From assembly GCF_006345805.1 (NCBI RefSeq), contig NW_021826827.1, forward strand, positions 1 to 11,985: DNA of 11,985 nucleotides, given 5' to 3'. Below, in pieces: positions 1-9,517 of the stretch. Within the stretch, counting starts at the first letter, position 1; every line of letters begins with the position of its first letter. The notes under the pieces are model-generated. The model had not been told where the DNA came from and did not search any database. It saw only the letters and a program-made list of their open reading frames with translations. Source of the DNA: Octopus sinensis. Lineage: Eukaryota. A program made the position numbers and the translations under genes.

Positions 1-659
1 GGTAGTCGATAAATAAACTATTCGTCTATAGCTGTTATCACTTCCTCCTCTTCTTTGGGCTTTGGCAGGAGCAAGTATACTCTAGCAACGGCATGCTAAG
101 AAAAGATCGGCCGCTCCTGACAAACGACGGTGATTGAAAAGCCACTGAAGCTGCAATTAGCCGGCAGGCTGAATTAAAACTCGTTATGAGCAACAAAATA
201 GCAACTTATATGCCATAGTTAAACTAGCAATCTGCGTACCATAATTACAATATATACACCGTTGAAAGCCTAGCAGACGGCGGTATTAGTTTTGAGAAAG
301 TATCTCTTATAAACGAGTTAAAATAAATAAAATAAAATAAACAGGAATATATCAGTAGTTTACAACAATTCTCCAGCAGAGGTCGTGGTTTAACTAAATA
401 CAGATTTCTGCCTCTTTGGATACTTGCTACTGGCGAAACTCAAGAGGGCAGATGTACTTATTTAGCATTGCCACTACTCATCTGGACGATTTTCGCCTGC
501 TCTTGTACAGTTTTATGATTTTTAACACTATACGTTTATAGGAGATACTATATCGAGACGAATACCGCACATTATCAGGTTTCAACGATGTATATACTTT
601 AAGTATGATACACCGATTACTATTTTGAAATATTAGTTGTCTCTCGCTCATAACGAAAT

Positions 660-910
660 ATATGTGTATGTGTGTGTGTCTTTGTGGTGGTGTTTTGTAG
701 CGCTATCAACTGCTTGATAACCGGTGTTGGTTTGTTTAAGTTCCCGTAACGTAGCGGTTAAGCAAAAGAAGCCAACCGATGGAACAATAGCAGATTTTTT
801 TTTAAATCCTGAGTACCAGGGTCGATTTGTTCGATTAAAAGCCTCCAAGGCGATGCTCCAGCATGGCCGAAGTTTAAAACTGAAAAAAAAACAAAAAAAA
901 CAAAAGAGAA
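660..910 (+). mobile_element. Headless, diverged copy of SINE family 1 (internal TG microsatellite plus 3' body and tail)
   Basis: Colinear with the in-window copies at 4640-4843 and 7010-7187: cttgataaccggtgttggtttgttt..cccgtaacgtagcggtt..gcaaaag..ccgat..gggtcgatttgttcga..gctccagcatggcc.., ending in an A-rich tail. No tRNA head is visible. Confidence 0.8.
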
Positions 911-920
911 TACTTAAAGG

Positions 921-1010
921 ATTGGATCGTCCCCGAGTATTTAATTGGGTTTCCTTGTGGAACACAAAGGGCAAAGTAGGAAAACGCTTTGGGATTTGAC
1001 CTCAGAATGG
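921..1010 (-). mobile_element. Possible highly degenerate remnant of SINE family 2
   Basis: Weak colinear similarity to 3505-3590 (ggatcgtccccgagtatttaattggg..aaagggc..gatttgacctcagaat versus atcgatccctgtgctcaactgg..aaaggc..aatttgaactcagaat). Confidence 0.3.
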
Positions 1011-1463
1011 GGAAAGGCCCTTTAATGACATTGTACAAGAAAGACATTGTGTCATTTTTAGATTTCCGATGCTCCACCGCCCCATCTCTACCTGCTGCTC
1101 TTCGTTGATCTGTAAATCTTACAACGAACACCATTGAAGATTTAATGGTGAGAAAAACAATTTTAAAAAGAAATCGTGAAACGCTTCATCATTAAATTTA
1201 TCCCTGGAGTAAAGACTGATATTTGCAGAGCACAATATATATTTATACACTGCACGCAGTGTAAAATAATAAATACGATAGAAGAGAAAACGAGTCATTA
1301 AATAATATTTTTTTAATTACTCTATTTATTTCTCAGTTATAAATTCGAAGGACGGTTGGCATTGTCATTTACTTCTCTTAATTCTCAATAAATGTTGTGG
1401 AAGATACTATAATTTTATGATCTTACAAGGAACATGTCTTTTTTCTTTCTCTGCTCATCGTAC

Positions 1464-1466
<3 letters not shown>

Positions 1467-1499
<33 letters not shown>

Positions 1500-1610
1500 C
1501 ATCATCATTATTATTATTATTATTATTATCATCATCATTATTATTATTATTATTATTATTATATCATTATCATCATCATTATTATATTATTATTATCATC
1601 ATCATCATTA

Positions 1611-1645
<35 letters not shown>

Positions 1646-1727
1646 TCATCATTATCATCATATTATTATTATCATCATTATTCATTATTATTATTATTAT
1701 TATTATTATCATTATTATCATTATTAT
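1467..1727. repeat. (ATT)n/(ATC)n compound trinucleotide microsatellite
   Basis: Read directly; it produces the poly-I/Y/H ORFs. Confidence 0.97.
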
Positions 1728-1857
1728 TTTTGTTATTGCTTTTTTGCATAATAAAACGATTTTATACATTTATTTATGAATTACTTGCACATTTTTATAT
1801 TTAGATTTTTTATGTATCTTTAAGAAATTTATTCCTGTATTTACTTTAATAATTTCG

Positions 1858-1975
1858 TATACATATACATACATATATACATGCATGTGTACATACATAC
1901 ATACATACATACATACATACATACATACATACATACATGTATGCATGCACACATTAAATATATACATACATAAGC
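1858..1975. repeat. (TACA)n microsatellite
   Basis: Read directly. Confidence 0.95.
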
Positions 1976-1995
1976 ATGTATGTATTATAATGATG

Positions 1996-2057
<62 letters not shown>

Positions 2058-2065
2058 ATATATAT

Positions 2066-2100
<35 letters not shown>
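1996..2100. repeat. (TA)n microsatellite
   Basis: Read directly. Confidence 0.97.
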
Positions 2101-2101
<1 letters not shown>

Positions 2102-2599
2102 CACGCATCACCAATACGCAATCAAAAATACTTTTAAGAATCGTTATTGTTGCAATCTGATATGAATATCTGTAAAATAGTCTCCAGAGACTCTAACAGA
2201 ATAGATTTTTTTGGTCAGAATGAAATAAATAAATTTTCTGATAATGTCAGGAAAAGTGTAGCTGGATTTAGAATTTTTAGTTCTATGCAGTTGCATATAT
2301 AGGCTTCTTATATCTGCAGGCGAAGGTTATAATATAAAATGCTGCAATCGAAATCTCTAATGACTTAGACGAACAGAAAGAGAGAAAAAGAGAGAGGAAT
2401 GTAGGATACAATTTATTAATAATAAATACGTAAACACCTGACACCAGTAATGGCTAGATATGAACGATTAAAGCAACCATTTGAGAGAAATTATCGTTCT
2501 AAATTAGTTTATAAAATATCCCTAGCGAAGATCTAGATTCCAGTTGGAGTAGAAACGATTCGTATTAAAGTTTTGCAACGAATAATTAAGAAGCCTCTT

Positions 2600-2649
2600 T
2601 TCCTTGTGTGTCTGTCTCTCTTTCTTTCTCTATCTTATCTTCCTTTGCT

Positions 2650-2701
<52 letters not shown>

Positions 2702-2730
2702 TCTCTCTCTCTTTCTCTCTCTTTCTGGCT
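2600..2730. repeat. (CT)n microsatellite / pyrimidine tract
   Basis: Read directly; includes short (CTAT)n interruptions. Confidence 0.95.
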
Positions 2731-2889
2731 TTCTGCATGTTTCTCTCTGTATTTTGTTTTCGTTCTTTCTGCTTCTCTTCTAAAATACTGATATCAGGTC
2801 GTCCAGAAATAAACATATCGATTTCTTCCCTGGGCGCAGACGTAGATTTGTGATTAACAAGCACGCTTTACATCAACGTGCTTTGCGGC

Positions 2890-3273
2890 ACATTGGGCAA
2901 ATGTCTTCTACCAAGGCTCCGGGGAGTCGACCAAAGCCTTGTAAGTGAATTTGGTTAACGGAAAAGGTGTGGAAGCCCGTCGTATGTGTGTGTGTATGTG
3001 TGTGTGTGTGTGTGTGTGATGTCTATGTATGTGTCTTTGTGTCGGTATTTGTCGACCCGCCCCATTATCACCACTTGACAAGCGGTGTAAGTTTGTTTAC
3101 GTTTTCCTGACTTAGTGACTAAGCAAAAAATACTGATCAAATAAGTACCATTTTTTTTTTTAAAGAAAGAAACGTGTAAGTACCGAGGTTAATGTGTTGG
3201 ACTAAAACCCTTCGAGACGGTTCCTTGGTAAGGCCACAGTCACGTGACCGAAACAAATAACGAAGAAAAGAAA
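2890..3273 (+). mobile_element. Old, diverged copy of SINE family 1 (head eroded)
   Basis: ggcacattgggcaaatgtcttcta..gaccaaagccttgtaagtgaatttgg..gaagcccgtcgt, then (TG)n, then a degenerate tail (cttgacaagcggtg..aataagtacc..ggactaaa..ggccacagtca..gaaacaaataa). Colinear with 6920-7187. Confidence 0.8.
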
Positions 3274-3480
3274 TCACACACACACACACGCGCGCGCGGA
3301 TTCACATACATCGTGAGTTAGATGTATTTGAAAAACCAGAACGCTGGACAGTGCGGAAATAAGAAAAAAACCAGCGAAAACTCGACGGAAGTTGATGCAA
3401 AAAATGGAACGAAAAGAAAGAAACGAAAGCGAGAAGACCAAGATCCCTGTCTTCCATGATTGCAGAAACCACAATTAATA

Positions 3481-3632
3481 CAGCAATTTCGGAAGAGGGG
3501 TAAACTCGATTACATCGATCCCTGTGCTCAACTGGTACTAATTTTGTGTTCTCCGAAAAGATGAAAGGCGAATTTGAACTCAGAATAGGGAGGCGTAGGA
3601 AGACCGGTGTGCTAACGATTCTGCCATTTCGC
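3481..3632 (-). mobile_element. tRNA-derived SINE, family 2
   Basis: The minus strand has an A-box-like TGGCAGAATCG (3626-3616) and a B-box-like GAGTTCAAATTC (3581-3570), followed by a non-tRNA body (..tagtaccagttgagcacagggatcgatgtaatcgag..). It resembles a common octopus SINE as recalled; the family name is not assigned. Confidence 0.8.
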
Positions 3633-3678
3633 TTTCTTAAAATATGTATATATTAGTAAAAGTGTAATATATATATAT

Positions 3679-3994
3679 GAGTGACTGTGTGGTAAGTAAC
3701 TTGCTTACCAACCACATGATTCCGGGTTCAGTCCCACTGCATGGCACCTTGGGCAAGTGTCTTCTACTACGGCCTCGGGCCGACCAAAGCCTTGTGAGTG
3801 GATTTGGTAGACGGAAACTGAAAGAAGCCCGTCGTGTATATATGTGTGTGTGAGTGTGTGTGTGTTTGTGTGTGTGTTTGCCGTGCTCCAGCATGGACAC
3901 AGTCAATCGCTTGACATCCGATAGAATACGTACGAGGCTTACAAAGAATAAGTCCTGAGGTCGATTTGTTCGAGTGGATTTGGCAGACGGAAAC
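3679..3994 (+). mobile_element. tRNA-derived SINE family 1, with rearranged 3' half
   Basis: A-box-like TGACTGTGTGG (3682-3692) and B-box-like GGGTTCAGTCC (3724-3734). The body is near-identical to 6857-7015. The 3' segments are out of order (see findings). Confidence 0.9.
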
Positions 3995-4532
3995 CAAAAA
4001 GCACTCCAGAGGTCAATAACACGAAAGATAGATGGCATGAGAGGCATTGATTATTGGGGTCGATTAAAAAGATTCAATCTCTGCTTTCTCTCCAACGCCG
4101 CCGGGAGAGAGTAGAGAGTGTTATGTGGAAAATATTCCATCAATATTGCACAAAGGGTGATGGCACCAATTTTAAAATCCATCCAAGACTTGGCCCCCGT
4201 GCTACCCGCCCGCTACAAACATCGAACTCGGTACACATAGCAACATTACGTCACAACTACTTTACCTCACGGTCCAGCTCTCTTTAATACCATACCAAAA
4301 TACGCCAAAACGGAAACGGATCCCATAAAATTCAAATGTTCACTGGACAATTTTCTTCAAAGAATCTCGGACCAACCTCCTGCACCCGGATATGTCTCCA
4401 ACAATAATAACTCTTTGGTAGAGTAGGCCATGGAACCCCATATGTGACTAAAAGACTTCACCGGGTGATGGTATTTAGCTAGACATAGCCTGAGCCTATG
4501 CTGGCCGAAACCTGTCAAAGTTATCAAAGTTA
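3995..4532 (+). mobile_element. 5'-truncated CR1-type non-LTR retrotransposon (ORF2 C-terminus, 3'UTR and short tandem tail)
   Basis: The translation shows a CR1-group ORF2 C-terminal signature (next feature). The ~100-nt 3'UTR has small hairpins and ends in (TCAAAGTTA)x2 at 4515-4532, followed by (TA)n. The clade assignment comes from motif recall. Confidence 0.8.
4001..4426 (+). pseudogene. Frameshifted remnant of the LINE ORF2 (reverse transcriptase polyprotein) C-terminal region
   Basis: Three frames join up: 4001- ALQRSITRKIDGMRGIDYWGRLKRFNL; shift at ~4085; LSLQRRRERVESVMWKIFHQ..FKIHPRLGP..TLRHNYFTS; shift at ~4270; GPALFNTIPKYAKTETDPIKFKCSLDNFLQRISDQPPAPGYVSNNNNSLVE* (TAG 4424-4426). 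This fits the YWxRLxxLxLxSLQRRRER..WKI..LFNxLP..FKxxLDxFLxxIPDxPxxPGY..NSL pattern of invertebrate CR1-group ORF2. Confidence 0.82.
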
Positions 4533-4563
4533 TATATATATATATTATATATATATATTATAT

Positions 4564-4617
<54 letters not shown>

Positions 4618-4639
4618 GTGCGTGTGTGTGTTGATGTGT
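4533..4639. repeat. (TA)n followed by (TG)n microsatellite
   Basis: Read directly. The TG part is probably the internal microsatellite of the adjacent SINE. Confidence 0.95.
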
Positions 4640-4843
4640 CTATGTTTCTACCCCCAACATCGCCTGACAACTGATGCTGGTGTGTTTACGTCCGCGTAAA
4701 TTAGCGGTTTGGCAAAAGAAACCGATAGAATAAGTACCAGGCTTACAAAGAATAAGTCCTAAGGGTCGATTTGCTCGACTAAAATGCTGTGCTCCAGCAT
4801 GGCCACAGTCAAATGACTGAGACAAGTAAAAGAATAAAAGAAT
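4640..4843 (+). mobile_element. SINE family 1, 3' half (undeleted tail version)
   Basis: catcgcctgacaactgatgctggtgtgtttacgtcc..gcaaaagaaaccgatagaataagtaccaggcttacaaagaataagtcc..gtcgatttgctcgactaaa..gctccagcatggccacagtcaaatgactgagacaagtaaaagaataaaagaat; colinear with the other copies. Confidence 0.88.
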
Positions 4844-4924
4844 ATATGTACTATGTATGTATAAAAGGGGGGGGAGCATCATGCCTTATTCATAGCTAAA
4901 TTATGTTGAACGTGCGATCACACA

Positions 4925-5110
4925 TACATGCAAACATATATACTTACATATATGTGTGTGTGTGTGTATGTGTGTGTGTTTGTGTGTGTGTGTAACCAAA
5001 CGGCTGATGTTTTACGTGTGTATGCATCAAATCATACCTGTCACTGTAATTTTCGATTAGTTATGCTTCAAATATATGTATGTATGCATGTATGTATGCG
5101 CGTATGTATG
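4925..5110. repeat. Interrupted (TG)n/(TATG)n simple repeats
   Basis: Read directly. Confidence 0.8.
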
Positions 5111-5271
5111 TATGTAAAGAATGTAGAGTGGCACAACGATGTAAAGCAATTCTGCTTCAATGAACATAGAAACCAACTTGATGGATCAATCTCCGAGCGC
5201 AGCTATCCTGCCTACGCATAAACTAACATACCCCGCAACACACAAACATATGCATGCCCTTACACGCACAT

Positions 5272-5287
5272 TCTATCTATCTGTCTG

Positions 5288-5321
<34 letters not shown>

Positions 5322-5423
5322 GATATATATATATATATTTTATATATTAAATAGATAGATAGATAGATACAGGTATACATACACATACATATATATAAAT
5401 ATATATGCATATATGTATGCATA

Positions 5424-5472
<49 letters not shown>

Positions 5473-5586
5473 GCACACACACATATATATATGTATATAT
5501 TCATACACACATATATATATTATATACATATTTGTATCTATCTATATATACACACACATACACACATATACAATATATATATATAC

Positions 5587-5629
<43 letters not shown>

Positions 5630-5760
5630 TATACATATATGCATATATATGTATATATCTATGCATGTATGTATACATATATATATATACATACATATAC
5701 ACACGCACATGTATATATACACACATTTATATTTACATGCAGACAAACACACTTGCACAC
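5272..5760. repeat. Compound (TATC)n, (TA)n, (GATA)n and cryptic (TA/CA)n tract
   Basis: Read directly; source of many YI/CV-rich spurious ORFs. Confidence 0.95.
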
Positions 5761-5839
5761 AAACAACGCCATGTTTGTATGCGTATAGAAATAGAAATCA
5801 AAATAATTATTTGTTTATTTTTTGAAAAAAAAAGTCATA

Positions 5840-5891
5840 AACAACATCATCAGCAACAACAGCACCACCACCACCAACAGCAACATCACTG

Positions 5892-5922
<31 letters not shown>

Positions 5923-5945
5923 CGACAAGAACAACAACAACCACA
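5840..5945. repeat. (CAA)n/(CAC)n/(CAG)n trinucleotide repeat
   Basis: Read directly. Confidence 0.92.
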
Positions 5946-6560
5946 ATATAAAAACAAACGCAATAATTTCAAGTTCCGCTTGGAATGCGCCATCTATCGA
6001 CAGACAAGATTTGGGGGTTGGTGAAGCTACTTGTAACTGATTGCTGACTCAAGTGACACTTTGAGGAATCGGAACTGTCTATTTATAGATTTCGCTGTTG
6101 TTATGTTGTTGTTGGCGGCGGCGGGGGTTCGATAATGGTGCTGATGGGGGTTATTACTTTTTTTTTTTTTACCTTACTCTATATCAAGTAAACTGCTGCA
6201 TTTCTTTGTTCCATGTTGTAAACACGAATCTCTAATAGCATTATTGCCTTATATTATTTGATATATAAATATTTATACTGTGTTGTTTGCCTTGTGTGAA
6301 TGAGCGTGTGGATGGGTGGACGAGTGTGTGAATGTGATGGTATGTCTATTTGTTATGCCTGTGCGTATGTATTCAATTATGCGCGTAATGTGGAGTATCT
6401 GTGTGCATTTCAGAACGTGTATGCGTGTATATGTGTGAATGTATAAGTAAAATAAATATGTATTTCGCAAAACAAAAAACACGGAAATGTTTTTCAGTTT
6501 AATGGTAAATTGTATTTATTATAACTTGACATGAAAAAAAACGACCATTAACACACAAAC

Positions 6561-6598
6561 ACACGTGTGCGTGTGATTGTGTGTGTGTGTGTGTGTGT

Positions 6599-6644
<46 letters not shown>

Positions 6645-6651
6645 TGTGTGT
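6561..6651. repeat. (TG)n microsatellite
   Basis: Read directly. Confidence 0.96.
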
Positions 6652-6848
6652 TGATGACGGCTAAAGAGCTAGAAACACAGCGCCTAGGAATCCGAAAGGG
6701 TACAGCACGGGACAGATATGATGTTTTTACGCCATTTTTACCATAAGAGAGAATATTTTCTCAACGGTAACTGCAGCAAATTTGCCTCAGAATTTGAAAT
6801 GTCACAAACATATTTTAACTAACCTAAAGTTCGCAATCATATACATAG

Positions 6849-7187
6849 GGCGCAGGAGTGGCTGTGTGTTAAATAGCTCGCTTACCAACCACATGGATCC
6901 GGGTTCAGTCCTACTGCGTGGCACCTTGAGCAAGTGTCGTTTGCTATAGCCTCGGGCCGACCAAAGCCTTGTGAGTGGATTTGGTAGACGGAAACTGAAA
7001 GAAGCCCGTCGTGCATATATGTGTGTGTGTTTGTGTGTCTGTATTTGTCACCCTCCCACCATCGCTTGGCATCCCTTTGAATTCGTACGAGACTTACTAA
7101 GAGTAAGTCCTGAGGTCGATTTGTTCGACTAAAGTCAGTGCTACAGCATGGTCGCAGTCAAATTACTGAAACAAAGAATAAAAGAAT
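6849..7187 (+). mobile_element. Full-length tRNA-derived SINE family 1 (internally deleted subfamily)
   Basis: Starts GGCGCAGGAG; A-box-like TGGCTGTGTGT (6859-6869), B-box-like GGGTTCAGTCC (6901-6911), body, internal (TG)n, and a tail ending aaagaataaaagaat. tRNA-derived SINEs (OK/OR1/OR2) are established in octopus; the exact family is not assigned. Confidence 0.92.
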
Positions 7188-7394
7188 ATATACAAACGCA
7201 CACACACACACGAGCGCCAGTAAGAGTGGGTTCGACTGGTTTGCACAAATCTCACCAAAGTATCATCTAGACCTCCGTGCAGATATAATTATGATCAATC
7301 GTTCATTTTTAATGTTTGATTGCCAATAAAGGATCAATTTCAATAATGAAGACGCATCCACTGCGCAGAATTAGCTACGCTCATGATATATAGA

Positions 7395-7445
7395 TTGTAT
7401 GTATGTATGTATGTATGTATGTATGTATGTATGTATGTTTGTATG
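7395..7445. repeat. (TATG)n microsatellite
   Basis: Read directly. Confidence 0.96.
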
Positions 7446-7699
7446 GATTGATTAAAGAGCATATCTTTAATACGTAGGAGCATATCAAGGTGGAACACAC
7501 TACACTTGATGGCTAGACAGTATGACATCAATCAACAGATACACAATCCATTCCATTGGTGCGAAAGAGGAGTCCGTTAACTGTTTGGTAATCTGCGAAT
7601 CCAAGAGCATCCAAATTTAAGTGGAACTTTGAAGTGTGGCGTAATATCGCAACAAGGACAGACGAGAAACCATAGAATCCGTTCGACTGTAATTACCAT

Positions 7700-7797
7700 A
7701 CACAGACACAGACACATACACATAAACATATTTACACACACACACACACACACCACACACACAACAAACAACACACACCACACAAAATACACACACA
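7700..7797. repeat. Interrupted (CA)n microsatellite
   Basis: Read directly. Confidence 0.92.
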
Positions 7798-7828
7798 ATC
7801 TGGTGAATTTTCAAACTTTATAGTCTAA

Positions 7829-8208
7829 CTAGCAGTATCGCCCGGCGATGCTCAGGTTTGTAGGGAAATAACTATAAAGCATTTTTAGAGGTTATAGCAA
7901 AAAAATAGCAAAAAAATGGAAAAAAATGATGGTAAATTTTTTTTTGAGAGTAATAAAAGGTTGAGTTGCTCCCCTAGACAGTCTGTGGTTGTTATTTTTT
8001 TATCTCGACCCCATGTCGAATTATCGATTTTTGTCAGAAACGGGAACTTTTCAAAATTTCGCTGCGTTAGTTTGATTATGACATTGGGCTATGTGTGTGT
8101 CAAGTTTCATCAGAATCGGTTGAAAGCCCGTGGTCAGGGGTGAGGGTACGAGAAAACAGACACACAGAAAACACGCACAGACAAACTTGCCGTTTATATC
8201 GAGAGAGA
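7829..8208 (-). mobile_element. Non-autonomous Helitron (~380 bp)
   Basis: The minus strand reads A|TC (8209|8208-8207) ... CCTGAGC-ATC-GCCGGG hairpin (7856-7841) ... 12 nt ... CTAG|T (7832-7829|7828). These are the canonical Helitron features: 5'-TC, CTRR-3', a subterminal GC hairpin, an A|T target and no TSD. Confidence 0.85.
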
Positions 8209-8283
8209 TACACTTCTTATGTCTACTCTGAATTCTTGAAGTTCCTTATATATATCTGTAAAGTTTCGCGTATGTTTATATAC

Positions 8284-8284
<1 letters not shown>

Positions 8285-8325
<41 letters not shown>
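8285..8325. repeat. (TA)n microsatellite
   Basis: Read directly. Confidence 0.96.
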
Positions 8326-8327
<2 letters not shown>

Positions 8328-8403
8328 TGATACTTGTATAAATATCTGTTTCTATACATGTAAACTTAAGTATATAAGTATATCTATGTGTGTATATATA
8401 TAT

Positions 8404-8700
8404 ATATCACGTGACCGACCAGACCATCAGATGTTGCTACACATCGCTGGTCACAATGCGTTCGCATTGTTTTAGCCTTCGAACGACGCCACCCCGCTGG
8501 CTAAGCGAACAGGCCAACAGAAGAAAGTGGGAGAAAGAGTGGTGAAAGAGTACAGCAGGGATCACCACCCCCTGTCGGAGTCTCGTGGAGCTTGTAGGTG
8601 CTTTCGCTCAATAAACACACACAACGCCCGGTCTGGGAATTGAAACCGCGATCCTCCGACCACGAATCCGCTGTCCTAACCACGGGGCCATTGCGCCTCC
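8404..8700 (-). mobile_element. Full-length tRNA-derived SINE, family 3
   Basis: The minus strand starts GGAGGCGCAA, with A-box-like TGGCCCCGTGG (8690-8680) and B-box-like GGTTTCAATTCCC (8647-8635). The GC-rich body is unrelated to families 1 and 2 and ends ..ggtctggtcggtcacgtgatat. (TA)n lies on both sides. Confidence 0.88.
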
Positions 8701-9409
8701 ATATATATATATATATATATATATGTCACTCTCTCTCCCCCCCTTCTCTCTCTCTCATATATATTATTATATAATATATCTATATATATATTCTATATAT
8801 ATTATATGTAATGTTATGTAATACAGTTAGTTGACGGTATTCTCTTCGCACTCAACTAGGAACATCTTGTAATATTATTTTTACATAACATTTCTTTTCA
8901 TTACGAATATGGTTTTTATTGATTAAAAATTATTTTCGACCCCTTATAACTATATTTCTCTACGTAAATGTTAATTTAAAGTTTCCATTCTAAAGACAAT
9001 GAATAGAAACAGCTCATTCATCGAGGAGGAAATTTAATTCGTAAACTATATTCAAATTTATAAATTCGTTTTATATATTTAAACCCAAGATGTTCCTGCT
9101 GAGGACGATTTCACCATGCGAGTATGTGTTATTTACTCGCTAAACTAAAATCAGAAACCAATTGGTCCAGGAAACTAGGTGGTAAAATGTTTTTATTTTT
9201 TCATTTCGTTCCTGTCGAATTTTATCCCTAATTTTGTGGTTATGGAACCTAGCTGTTCTTTCTAGCGTGTTGAATCCCCCGAGTGGATTCCTCACGTGTT
9301 TAAATGTACACTGTATTTTATAACTAATACATAGTCTTTGGACTAAATTTTTACACGTTAGGCCACTGAAAGTGAAAATTTTAATTAACTTCCATTTCCC
9401 TTTGATATG

Positions 9410-9449
9410 ATTATATATATATATATATATGTGTATATATATATTATAT

Positions 9450-9506
<57 letters not shown>

Positions 9507-9517
9507 TATATATATAT
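9410..9517. repeat. (TA)n microsatellite
   Basis: Read directly. Confidence 0.97.

Noticed and set aside
1062-1111. Possible exon between ttttAG and GTAAAT
   Set aside because: The donor is weak, the peptide is unrecognisable in any frame, and nothing else supports it.
1417-2165. Poly-I/Y/H and YI-repeat ORFs
   Set aside because: They are translations of (ATT)n, (TACA)n and (TA)n microsatellites, open in several frames at once.
3275-3298. (CA)n(CG)n Z-DNA-prone tract
   Set aside because: It is short and common in microsatellite-rich genomes, with no evidence of function.
4054-4287. 77-aa ORF as a standalone gene
   Set aside because: It is the middle frame of a doubly frameshifted LINE ORF2 remnant.
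4488-4520. HHR-like string CTGA-GCC-TATGCT-GGC-C-GAAAC-CT-GTC in the LINE 3'UTR
   Set aside because: The core lacks NGA (a 4-nt deletion would have to be assumed) and no stem I pairing flanks the GTC. It is worth rechecking only if the family consensus has CTGATGAG.
5347-6040. Cluster of YI/CV ORFs and a poly-N/poly-Q ORF (5822-6040)
   Set aside because: They are driven by simple repeats, start at non-ATG codons in several cases, and show no domain or convincing splice context.
6849-6925. tRNA genes at the SINE heads (also 3679-3740, 3570-3632, 8625-8700)
   Set aside because: A and B boxes are present but there is no complete cloverleaf, and each runs into a repeat body, so they are SINE heads.
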